Source: an uncultured virus (IMG/VR IMGVR_UViG_3300020576_002679)
Lineage: Duplodnaviria > Heunggongvirae > Uroviricota > Caudoviricetes
Virus record (IMG/VR): IMGVR_UViG_3300020576_002679
DNA length: 20,000 bases
Reading direction: 5' to 3' (one strand)
Positions 7,695-16,000 of this stretch are shown in pieces. Under the pieces are notes generated by a model. The model saw only the letters and a list, made by a program, of their open reading frames with translations, was not told the origin of the DNA and did not search any database. The position numbers and the translations under genes were made by a program. Within the stretch, counting starts at the first letter, position 1. Every line of letters starts with the position of its first letter.

Positions 7695-7725
7695 CAAAAA
7701 TAAAGATTGTTTCCAAACTTCCAAA
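7695..7725 (-). promoter_or_regulatory. Bacteroidota primary-sigma promoter
   Basis: Minus strand TTTG (7722-7725) - 19 nt - TATTTTTG (7695-7702), matching the -33/-7 consensus TTTG-N19-21-TAnnTTTG. Confidence 0.65.
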
Positions 7726-7728
7726 CCC

Positions 7729-8472
7729 CTACTTAAAAAATCTTACCTGATACTGGATATTTAAAGTATGCGCGTTATTATGGCCGTCATAGATATAACC
7801 TAGCTGACCTATCTTAGGAAGCGATAGCCCGATAGATGGCCCTAGTCCCCACCTGTCTTTAAATGAACCATTATAACTGCCTGCAATACCTACATATAAA
7901 TGTATTTTCTCCTTCTCAAATTTAGTCACCTTCTTTTCGGTTACCAAATCTAAGTTCTGATAACTGATAGCACCTCCGACCAATTCACCCCTTACAGTAT
8001 CACGAACTAGAATACGATAAGTGTGGACGCGCAGCATGGTCCGCTTAAATCTGCCATCCGTCCAAGTAGTATCGCTAATAGTAGTATCGCGCTCATAAGC
8101 ATAAAGCTCATCGCAATTATCATACCCTATAAACTCCACCTCCGATTCAACGGAGGAATCGGGTTTTATTCCAATGCTATCGGGTTGACATCCCTCCAAA
8201 GGAGAACTCTTCACAATAACTACCTTAACAGGTTTTTTGATTATTTTTTTTGGTGCAGGTACCGTATTAACTACTTCTCTGATTTTATCCGGCTTATGCT
8301 GAAGCGTATCAATTATCGTAACATACTTCTTATCTAGGCAATCATCACAACTAAATCCCTGCCGGCACTTGATGAAGAAATAAAGCAGGATGAAAAATGC
8401 GGGTATAAATATCAGGTTAGCACCCAAAGAGTAAAACCGAAGTTTACGCCAAAAAGTAGTTTCTTCTGCCAT
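7729..8472 (-). CDS. membrane-anchored protein downstream of the endolysin; spanin candidate
   Basis: N-terminal hydrophobic segment (LGANLIFIPAFFILLYFFI); C-terminal amphipathic beta strands (HLYVGIAGSY..RWGLGPSIGLSL..LGYIYD..LNIQYQVRFFK); directly follows the amidase. Confidence 0.55.
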   Translation of the reverse strand: MAEETTFWRKLRFYSLGANLIFIPAFFILLYFFIKCRQGFSCDDCLDKKYVTIIDTLQHKPDKIREVVNTVPAPKKIIKKPVKVVIVKSSPLEGCQPDSIGIKPDSSVESEVEFIGYDNCDELYAYERDTTISDTTWTDGRFKRTMLRVHTYRILVRDTVRGELVGGAISYQNLDLVTEKKVTKFEKEKIHLYVGIAGSYNGSFKDRWGLGPSIGLSLPKIGQLGYIYDGHNNAHTLNIQYQVRFFK

Positions 8473-8474
8473 GA

Positions 8475-8912
8475 TTATATGTTTTTGTATTCTTCTTTAG
8501 CATCAAAGCAAGGGCACAATTTCACCCATTCAGACTTTTCTACAATACCATTTTTATTTAAGTCAGGAGAAAGGTCACGATGACCGACAATTCTAGCCTG
8601 CGGAAATCTTGTTTTGTAATTAGTAATCAACTCGAGCATCTTCTTTTTCTGTGCATCGGTGCGCGTGTCTGTTCCATCCCAACCGCCCTTATAGCAAATG
8701 TGTATAGCATTTGCATTATACCCCTTAACGCCATTACTTACTTCATCATCGGGAGTTAAATGCTCCGCGCTTCCATCTTCACTAATAAGCCAATGGTAGC
8801 CGTATTTATTCCACCCTAATTTATTCTTCCAATAAGAAATAATGTCGGTAGTTTTCTGCTGCGCTCTCCCGGCAGTACAGTGCAAAACAATATGAGTAAT
8901 GGTCCGCTTCAT
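8475..8912 (-). CDS. endolysin, N-acetylmuramoyl-L-alanine amidase (Amidase_2, T7 lysozyme-like)
   Basis: IVLHCTA, GW..YGYHWLI, GVKGYNANAIHICYKGG, DTRTDAQK, IVGHRDLSPD, KLCPCFD: Zn ligands H/H/C and the catalytic Y are present. Confidence 0.93.
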   Translation of the reverse strand: MKRTITHIVLHCTAGRAQQKTTDIISYWKNKLGWNKYGYHWLISEDGSAEHLTPDDEVSNGVKGYNANAIHICYKGGWDGTDTRTDAQKKKMLELITNYKTRFPQARIVGHRDLSPDLNKNGIVEKSEWVKLCPCFDAKEEYKNI

Positions 8913-8922
8913 GGTATAAAAA

Positions 8923-8958
8923 TAAAAAACCCTCCCAAATACATGAGAGGGTTTTTTA
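8923..8958 (-). terminator. hairpin with A/T tracts on both sides (bidirectional intrinsic terminator)
   Basis: TAAAAAACCCTCCCA-AATACA-TGAGAGGGTTTTTTA; the single mismatch becomes G-U on the minus strand. Confidence 0.8.
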
Positions 8959-8976
8959 CCTAAACTTAAATTAAGC

Positions 8977-9339
8977 CTACTCTTGTAGCTTCAACTTTTT
9001 AAACAACGAAGTAAATATGCCCTTCACGAAATCAATGTTGTCAATGTTACCATCGCCATCCGGGTCCAGTGCATTTACAAATTGTTCACCTTTTGCAAAG
9101 AACTTATCATCGCCTGTTCCTTCTGTTGTAGAAGAAATTGCCGCACCTATTTTAATACTTGCGCGCAAAATCTTAACCGGATTAGGCTTTTCAGTGAAAT
9201 CGGCAACGACCAACTTCGCCTTGATACGCTCCAAAACCTCGTCAGCAGATACACCGGCTTCACCAGGTATAGTCTTTAACGACTCAATAACAACGTCAGC
9301 AACATTGTCAACTAACAAATCAATTTTTTCTTTTTGCAT
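8977..9339 (-). CDS. hypothetical protein (120 aa) within the lysis module
   Basis: Clean ORF with a DxDxDG-like loop (DPDGDGNID) and an amphipathic C-terminal helix (FVKGIFTSLFKKLK). Confidence 0.75.
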   Translation of the reverse strand: MQKEKIDLLVDNVADVVIESLKTIPGEAGVSADEVLERIKAKLVVADFTEKPNPVKILRASIKIGAAISSTTEGTGDDKFFAKGEQFVNALDPDGDGNIDNIDFVKGIFTSLFKKLKLQE

Positions 9340-9370
9340 AAAATTGGTTTAAGATTATAAATAATGAGGA

Positions 9371-9398
9371 CGAATGTAAAAAAATTATTCTTCGTCAA
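9371..9398 (-). promoter_or_regulatory. possible Bacteroidota-type promoter (variant)
   Basis: Minus strand TTG (9396-9398) - 17 nt - TACATTCG (9371-9378), one mismatch to TAnnTTTG. Confidence 0.4.
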
Positions 9399-9663
9399 TA
9401 TCTTTTTTCCTCCACAGCAAATAAGTCTTTACTACGTTGAACACGATAAGTGAAATGGAAACACCTGCGGTAAGACCTAGTTGAATCAACGGAATAATAT
9501 CTAAGGGCATTGACATGATAAAAACTTGTAGGTATATTGCTCCAATTCCTACGCCAACGTTTATAGCGTTTACCTTATCCCATATAGCATCTACTACCAG
9601 TATGAATAAATGTTTAACTATTTCCGTTATCTGCATTGGCTGTTTTCTGTGTATTGTTTTCAT
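9385..9663 (-). CDS. small membrane protein, holin/antiholin candidate
   Basis: Two hydrophobic segments and a charged C-terminus (WRKKDIDEE); upstream of the endolysin; alternative start at 9636. Confidence 0.6.
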   Translation of the reverse strand: MKTIHRKQPMQITEIVKHLFILVVDAIWDKVNAINVGVGIGAIYLQVFIMSMPLDIIPLIQLGLTAGVSISLIVFNVVKTYLLWRKKDIDEE

Positions 9664-10042
9664 TAGTCTTTGATTTTGTCAACCACTTTATTTTCATGGC
9701 TATAGCATCAGCCAATAGGCCAGCCAAGATAAAAGGAGGTATATTCTTGCTTATTTCCTCCGGCAAATGATCCATTCCGCTTCCAACAATAGCCGTAGCC
9801 CCTGCTATTACAACAACATTGCCTATAAGAAAAGTGTAAAAGAACCTCCATCCATTGTCACGAATAGAAAACCAAAAGTCAAATTTTTCGGGAGTGCGAG
9901 AACTTAATTTATCCCTTGAAGCAAGTTCAATTCCAAATACTATACCGGCACCAAAAAGGAACTGAATCAAACTGCCAATTACATTGCCAGGTATCGCTTC
10001 TGCCCCATAAACTGCATGAAATACATCATTGAAGAAGTTCAT
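9614..10042 (-). CDS. membrane protein with about 3 transmembrane segments, holin candidate
   Basis: Three hydrophobic segments, loop RDKLSSRTPEKFDFWF..DN, hydrophilic C-terminal tail; first gene of the lysis block. Confidence 0.65.
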   Translation of the reverse strand: MNFFNDVFHAVYGAEAIPGNVIGSLIQFLFGAGIVFGIELASRDKLSSRTPEKFDFWFSIRDNGWRFFYTFLIGNVVVIAGATAIVGSGMDHLPEEISKNIPPFILAGLLADAIAMKIKWLTKSKTNENNTQKTANADNGNS

Positions 10043-10051
10043 AAAGTTTAT

Positions 10052-11215
10052 TTAATCGGTGAATATAAGATTTACCCAAACTTGAATACCATTAGGATTC
10101 GTTGCCCATGTAGGCGTTACCCATTTCATTTCAATTTTATCCCCTGCGGTTACTGCGGTGGATAGCGAATTATTATAGTATTCTAATGAAGTTCCGAACG
10201 CTTGCGCTGTGCTGTTTAAGGTTATGTCGGTTGTGTTATTCACCCTCAAATACATCGTGCTAGTTTCGGCCGATGCGTTGGATATAGTATTTTTAGTGCT
10301 GATACACACCGCAATTAAATTACCTGTAAATGGAATTATAAACTGCCTTACACCTGCCCCTATACCCATTGGCGCGCCTTGAATAGTTCCCCAATAATAA
10401 GTTGTAGCATCGTTAGGGGAAAATGCAGTATGTCCCGCGAATGAAAGCGTATATCTGTTACCTGTCGCCCCCGTTGCGCCAGTTGCGCCAGTTGCCCCTG
10501 TTGAGCCAACCGCGCCAGTAGCGCCTATACTTCCTGTCGCACCTGTCGCGCCCGTATTTCCTGTAACACCCTGCGCTCCTGTTGCCCCTGTAGCACCAGT
10601 ATTTCCCGTTGCGCCTGTGACACCACTTACCGTTTGCCATGTTGCAGTTCCCGAACCATCAGTTGACATTACTTGATTTGGCGTTCCGTCAGATATAGGT
10701 AGATAATAGCTATTTGAAACCTTAACTGAACCGCCCGCAATTTTTATATTTCCCGTAACGGCATTTGTAGATAAATTTATTTCTTCTGCTAACAGAGTAA
10801 ATGGCATTGTGTTAGGAGTAGTATTGTGTAAGTCGTTACCGGTAGAATCCCAAAAAGAAATATCACCACCTGTTGGACCCGTTACACCTGTATTCCCTGT
10901 TATTCCCTGTGCGCCAGTTGCACCGGTACCGCCTGTGCTCCCTGTTGAACCCGTTGCACCTTTAGCCCCAGTTGCGCCAGTTGTACCCTGCGACCCAAGC
11001 GGGTACCAAGCTCCTTCATCGTAAAACCACGCTCCTAAAGGTAATCTGTTTGCCGGTGTAGGCACACCTTTGTAATTTCTTACTATCACTAAATTATTAG
11101 GAGTGCCCGGAGTAGCTTGAGTGATATTGCCATGAGTAACCAATACTGTTCCACTTTGAGCGAACCCAAAATAAATCAGACAGGCAAATAAGACGAGTAG
11201 TATATTTTTTTTCAT
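10052..11215 (-). CDS. collagen-like fibre protein with N-terminal signal peptide and beta-rich C-terminal head
   Basis: Likely start 11215 (TAATG coupling with the upstream stop), [20 protein letters not shown]; two G-X-Y runs dominated by G-X-T; C-terminal ~135 aa beta-rich domain. Confidence 0.85.
   Translation of the reverse strand: MKKNILLVLFACLIYFGFAQSGTVLVTHGNITQATPGTPNNLVIVRNYKGVPTPANRLPLGAWFYDEGAWYPLGSQGTTGATGAKGATGSTGSTGGTGATGAQGITGNTGVTGPTGGDISFWDSTGNDLHNTTPNTMPFTLLAEEINLSTNAVTGNIKIAGGSVKVSNSYYLPISDGTPNQVMSTDGSGTATWQTVSGVTGATGNTGATGATGAQGVTGNTGATGATGSIGATGAVGSTGATGATGATGATGNRYTLSFAGHTAFSPNDATTYYWGTIQGAPMGIGAGVRQFIIPFTGNLIAVCISTKNTISNASAETSTMYLRVNNTTDITLNSTAQAFGTSLEYYNNSLSTAVTAGDKIEMKWVTPTWATNPNGIQVWVNLIFTD
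10463..10624 (-). repeat. collagen-like repeat block 2, 18 G-X-Y triplets (9-nt period)
   Basis: [54 protein letters not shown]. Confidence 0.9.
10871..10996 (-). repeat. collagen-like repeat block 1, 14 G-X-Y triplets
   Basis: [42 protein letters not shown]. Confidence 0.9.
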
Positions 11216-12459
11216 TAATTCGCAAGAGTCCAATCTGCGCTACTGCTAGTTCCTGTAGCAAAGTAAAGTTTTTTCGTATTTGTATCAATATACATATCTC
11301 CTATTTTGCCAGGTGTGCTTGATGGCGAAACAGTTCCACTACTTATAGCAGGTGCGGCATTTGCCGCCCAACTTGCCAAACCTGTAGCGTCAGAAGTTAA
11401 AACGTAGCCGCTCGATTGCGTTCCGTCAGATACCTTCAATGATCCATGAACGTGAAGCATCGCATCTGATGGAGTAGGTATATCTGTAGACCTTAATGCG
11501 CTACCGATAGCCATATTCCCGTTTTTTATAATTAAGAGATTTGACTGTTCGCTATCTATACTAAGTGTAATTCCACCATAGTTACCCATAGATAAGTACA
11601 AATCTCTATTATCCCATCCACCGGAATAATAAGGTGACCTATTGGCTACTGCGGCAGGTCCTATAGCGATTTCGTGATAACTGTGAGTAGTATCGCCATA
11701 CCCTCCCAATATTAAATTATGGGAAATATTATTATATGGATTAGCCGCAACACCCCTAATTGCGCACTTAAACGATGCCAAAATGCTATTATCCGAACCG
11801 GTATCTATATGGCAGGAATCGGAGCATATAATCGAATTACTCGTATAACTACTAGCCGCAATTATCGTATCTCCATTTCCAACAATAACCGCATTTTTTG
11901 CAGAAACAACAAATTGATTCTGCATTTTTATCCTTACGTTATTAGCGCTTTTCATGTCAATGTTTCCACCTGCGTATGTTTGAAATAATATATGCTTAAA
12001 CCTAGTAAAAATACTGCTATCGCTTCTACCTAATATCGATAGATTTCCGATGTATGTATAGTTACCCAATCCGTAAGATGCACCATAAAGAGAAGCCGCA
12101 AAGGTGGTGCTCAATACCGCTCCATTTGTGCCAGTATAACTATCCGTCCGACTTCCATCTGCATTTATGGTTATCCTTGTTATGCCATTTGTCTTTATCA
12201 TTAGCTTGTTACTATCCGAAGTTCCCAAGTAATTTGAACCGGTAGTGCCTGCATTTCCAGTTAACCCCCAACCGCTACCGGCACCAACCGACTGCCAACT
12301 AAGACCACCAACTCCGTTTGTTTGCAAGAACTCTCCTGCATGGCCGTTAGAATTAGGAAAGCAAGCTCTACATGGATTAGCGGGTCCACCACCACCTCCC
12401 TGCGCTGAAACCATGGAAAAAAGAATAAATAAAAACAGAATAGATAGTGTTTTTCTCAT
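11215..12459 (-). CDS. fibre/adhesin-like beta-repeat protein with N-terminal signal peptide
   Basis: [51 protein letters not shown] repeats; [47 protein letters not shown]. These motifs recur in phage fibres and Bacteroidota surface proteins. Confidence 0.75.
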   Translation of the reverse strand: MRKTLSILFLFILFSMVSAQGGGGGPANPCRACFPNSNGHAGEFLQTNGVGGLSWQSVGAGSGWGLTGNAGTTGSNYLGTSDSNKLMIKTNGITRITINADGSRTDSYTGTNGAVLSTTFAASLYGASYGLGNYTYIGNLSILGRSDSSIFTRFKHILFQTYAGGNIDMKSANNVRIKMQNQFVVSAKNAVIVGNGDTIIAASSYTSNSIICSDSCHIDTGSDNSILASFKCAIRGVAANPYNNISHNLILGGYGDTTHSYHEIAIGPAAVANRSPYYSGGWDNRDLYLSMGNYGGITLSIDSEQSNLLIIKNGNMAIGSALRSTDIPTPSDAMLHVHGSLKVSDGTQSSGYVLTSDATGLASWAANAAPAISSGTVSPSSTPGKIGDMYIDTNTKKLYFATGTSSSADWTLAN

Positions 12460-12464
12460 GGTAA

Positions 12465-12959
12465 TTATTTTTGCTCATATACTTCTACAATAGTTCCAGT
12501 AGCATCTACAAATACCACATCTTTAAATTTATAGCCGGAGTTACCAGTCCATAAAGCTGCTGATGCTGTTTCTGTTTGGGCGAAAGGAATTTCAATACCA
12601 TTAGAACTATCACCATTTAGATAAGCAGAAGTATTGCCCTTATTTAAAAGTCCCCAATTTTTACGGGTAGCAAACACTATCTTAAATGCTTCACCAGTAA
12701 CAGCTACATCAGGAGCGGTTTTAGTTTGTACCCATTCTGCACCATTAAATGCCTTAACCTCTAAAAGCTGAGGAGGCGTAGTTCCCGGAATGAATATCCA
12801 AGGCTCTGCATTTTTACCTAGCTCTACATCTAAGTCAGTGCCGGTGCCGTTAAAAACATTACTTACTTCAACATTTTGAGTAAGTGTGCCAGTGCCATCT
12901 ACCCCCTGCGGTATAGTATCTACCTTATTGTCTATTACTCTGAATACTTCGGCTGCCAT
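12465..12959 (-). CDS. hypothetical protein, probably virion structural
   Basis: Beta/Gly/Thr-rich (GTGTLTQN..VFNGTGT); first gene after a promoter, upstream of the fibre genes. Confidence 0.65.
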   Translation of the reverse strand: MAAEVFRVIDNKVDTIPQGVDGTGTLTQNVEVSNVFNGTGTDLDVELGKNAEPWIFIPGTTPPQLLEVKAFNGAEWVQTKTAPDVAVTGEAFKIVFATRKNWGLLNKGNTSAYLNGDSSNGIEIPFAQTETASAALWTGNSGYKFKDVVFVDATGTIVEVYEQK

Positions 12960-12975
12960 AGTGTTATAGTTTTTA

Positions 12976-13007
12976 CAAATGTATATTATTGAATTTACTT
13001 ACGCAAA
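12976..13007 (-). promoter_or_regulatory. Bacteroidota primary-sigma promoter for the fibre/lysis block
   Basis: Minus strand TTTG (13004-13007) - 20 nt - TACATTTG (12976-12983): exact consensus. Confidence 0.7.
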
Positions 13008-16000
13008 CGGTTGAGATAAATCAATGTTTGGTTAGTTATTACCCCGCGATGAATGTAATTCTTTATCATCTGCTGTTGAGTAATGGCATCCTTACCATCT
13101 ATGTTTTTAAAAATTAACCGAGCACGTTCTTCATTATCCTTCCCTTTCAAAACCTCCTCTTCGGCAAGCTGCTGTATTTCTTCACGATTTATAGTTACTG
13201 CCTGTTCCGCTTTTGCGCGCAATTCCTCTAACTTTCCCTCCTTTCCTTTCTTTTTCTGTTCCATTCCGCGTCTTCCTCGTAGAGTAGGAACATACTTCTC
13301 ATCGCCCTGAAAGTCTTTTACTATTTCCCGGAACTCCTCATATTTTGTATTATCGGCCAGTGTGTTTACCTCATCAATATCTTTTTTGGTTTCCACCATC
13401 CAGTCTAGCACTTTTGCATAGCGCGCCTCATTAGCCGAATAGTATTTATCGGTAACCGCTTTCATTGCCTTATCCTTTTGCTCCTGCGAACGCTTTTCAT
13501 CCTGCACGATTTCAGAAATATCACGATGATATTGGTCCAGGGTATTATTTAGTTGAAATTTCAAATTTTCAAACTCCCGGTCACGAGTTTTCATCCGCTT
13601 CTCTACTGCGCGCCCAACTTCCTTATCATCAAAGCGCTGCACCTTAACCAATAAGTTAAGAATAGCATCCGAAACGGTTTTATATCTGCCATACCGATCA
13701 GGCTCTCCGCGGGAAGCGTTCCACAAATCATCAATCAGCGCAACGTATTGGCCGCCATAAGCTCTAGTAAGATAAGAGGCAATATTTTTCAACCGGTCAT
13801 TATCATCTAGGTTTACATCATAGCCCCACTTGCCACTTGACGGGTCCTGAACAGAACGCATGCGGAAATCCTGATCGTCCATAGCCTGAAACAACGGACC
13901 GAGAATAGGGTCACTATACATGAATTTAAGTTTGCGAATACCATTGTCTGTCTTCTCCCCCTTGAACGGATAAGGAGATGCCTTGTTTATCCACTGGATA
14001 TAAGACTGATAATCGTCACCTTGATCCCAAATGTATAAAGGCTCAACAAAGCGGGCGATATCTAACCGCTTACCATTTACAACCATACTCAACGGCATAT
14101 CTCCCCACTTCCATTGCTTGTCTGCATTATCGTAATGATAGGTAGGTGCGGAACGAGGCACAGACGTAGCAAAGTCCTTCCAAACTCCCTTTTCTTCCTT
14201 ACTCAATTCTTCGTTATCCTCATCACCACTCATTAACGCAAACGTCAACCACGAAAGGAAGCTGTACCAAGCTATTGTATACAAAGGACGCTTTACTACA
14301 TTGTTCTTTTCAATTCTAATTGCCTGTGCCACGAATCGGGCAAACATATTACCGATAAGCGGAGTCTTAGCAGCTAAGTCCCAATAGCGCCCTACTTCTT
14401 CACTTGTTTGGAAGCTGTCGCGTATTTGCCCTATTGCTTCTTCCGGTGTGTAACCATTCAAATCAGTAAGAACCATGTAAGCCTGAATTTTAGCCACATC
14501 ATCCACTCCGCTGTAAAACCCTTTCGCTGAATTGAGGAACCCTTTTTTACTAGGAGCTTCGCCCTGCAGGTTAGCAAGTGAAATATTATTGCCTATTAGT
14601 CCATTGCGTAACATAGCAAGATAAGCAGGACCGCCATTGCGTATTTCCATTACTGCCTTTGGCAGCATCCCCATAAATGCTACCGGGTTTATGCCGGCCT
14701 TGAAAGCCCAAACGTAGTTCATAGCAACGTTACCCGCAATTACACCCGGATTGAGCACGGTAAAATATGCCCGATACATTCTGCGAAGCCATAAACTATC
14801 GTAAGCCTGTGCAACATCATTGAACTTCTGCATGAGGTAAGTGTTATACATATACCCCTTTAAATCTTCTGCATAATGTTTTGCTACCCACTTATTAGAA
14901 AGTAAGCCGTAACCAAATCCGGGCATTCTTACATAGCCGTGGTCTATTTTAGCTGATGGAGCAGTTCCGAACTTCGCCATAAATTGAGCAGAAGTAAGAA
15001 CTCCTTTACCCGCCTGTTCCGCAAATAATTCACGGCTATACTCGAAGATGCTTAAATTCTTCATAGTCTGTGCGTACCGCTTTACAGTAAGATACACAGG
15101 GTCCTTCACTGCCTCTAGCACCTTATCCATACTTACATCAGTTCTACCTTTGTAAATACCCATCTCCGCCATTATCTGCTGTGTAAGAGCTTTAGCGTCC
15201 TCATCTTCTTCCGTCCAGTTGTATGAACGGGCGATGTAATCTGCTTTACCTGTCACCGGGTTTCTGAATTTCTCCCAAGTATCTTGATTGATACCCATTG
15301 TTCCGCCACTGGCAATCCCCATCATACGGTTAGTATCATGCGTTACAGTATTAAGTGAAGTAAGCAAACTCTTTAATGTGATTTCTTCCGGTGTAAGCCC
15401 TACGTTATTAAGCGTATCAATGTCAGTCAACACATTAGCTAAATCTGCCTGCTGTGCTGTAGTAGACAAGCCTAACCTGCGCGCATCATATATTTCTTTA
15501 TACAAACGTGCCTTGTCTGCCGCTAGTCCTTCATAGGCCGCCTGTTGAGGAGTGCCAAAGTGTAGATGCAATTCAGGGTCCATAACAGAAATTACCTTCT
15601 CCAAGCTACCCGGATTGTTTCCTACAATTTCACGAAGCGCTTTACCCATACGATTAGCTGCTTCCCCTCCAGTTGCTATTCCGCCTTTCATTTCACCGCG
15701 GCTCTTCACATAATCATTATTATCAATTACCCCGCGAAGCCATCCTACTGCAAGGTCCGATAATTCACGTAATGCCATGCTGCGCGATGTAGCCGCTTCC
15801 TGAACTCGTTTAGCTAACCATTCCTCAAACCCGCCTACTATTTTATCAGAAAGATAATCCTGCACCGGTATTTGCACTAACCCTAAATCAATTCGGTTAG
15901 GAGCATTGAATAGCCTGCTAGATACCGTGCCGGCTGCTTTTATTGCACCAGGTGGAATAAATGCCATTTGCGTCATTCCATCTACAACTTTCTTAGCAAC

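Noticed and set aside
8520..8575. EF-hand-like insert DLNKNGIVEKSEW in the amidase as a novelty
   Set aside because: To my knowledge this insert is common in Bacteroidota T7-type amidases
10463..10996. CRISPR array or VNTR
   Set aside because: The 9-nt periodicity is explained by collagen G-X-T codons; there are no identical repeats with unique spacers
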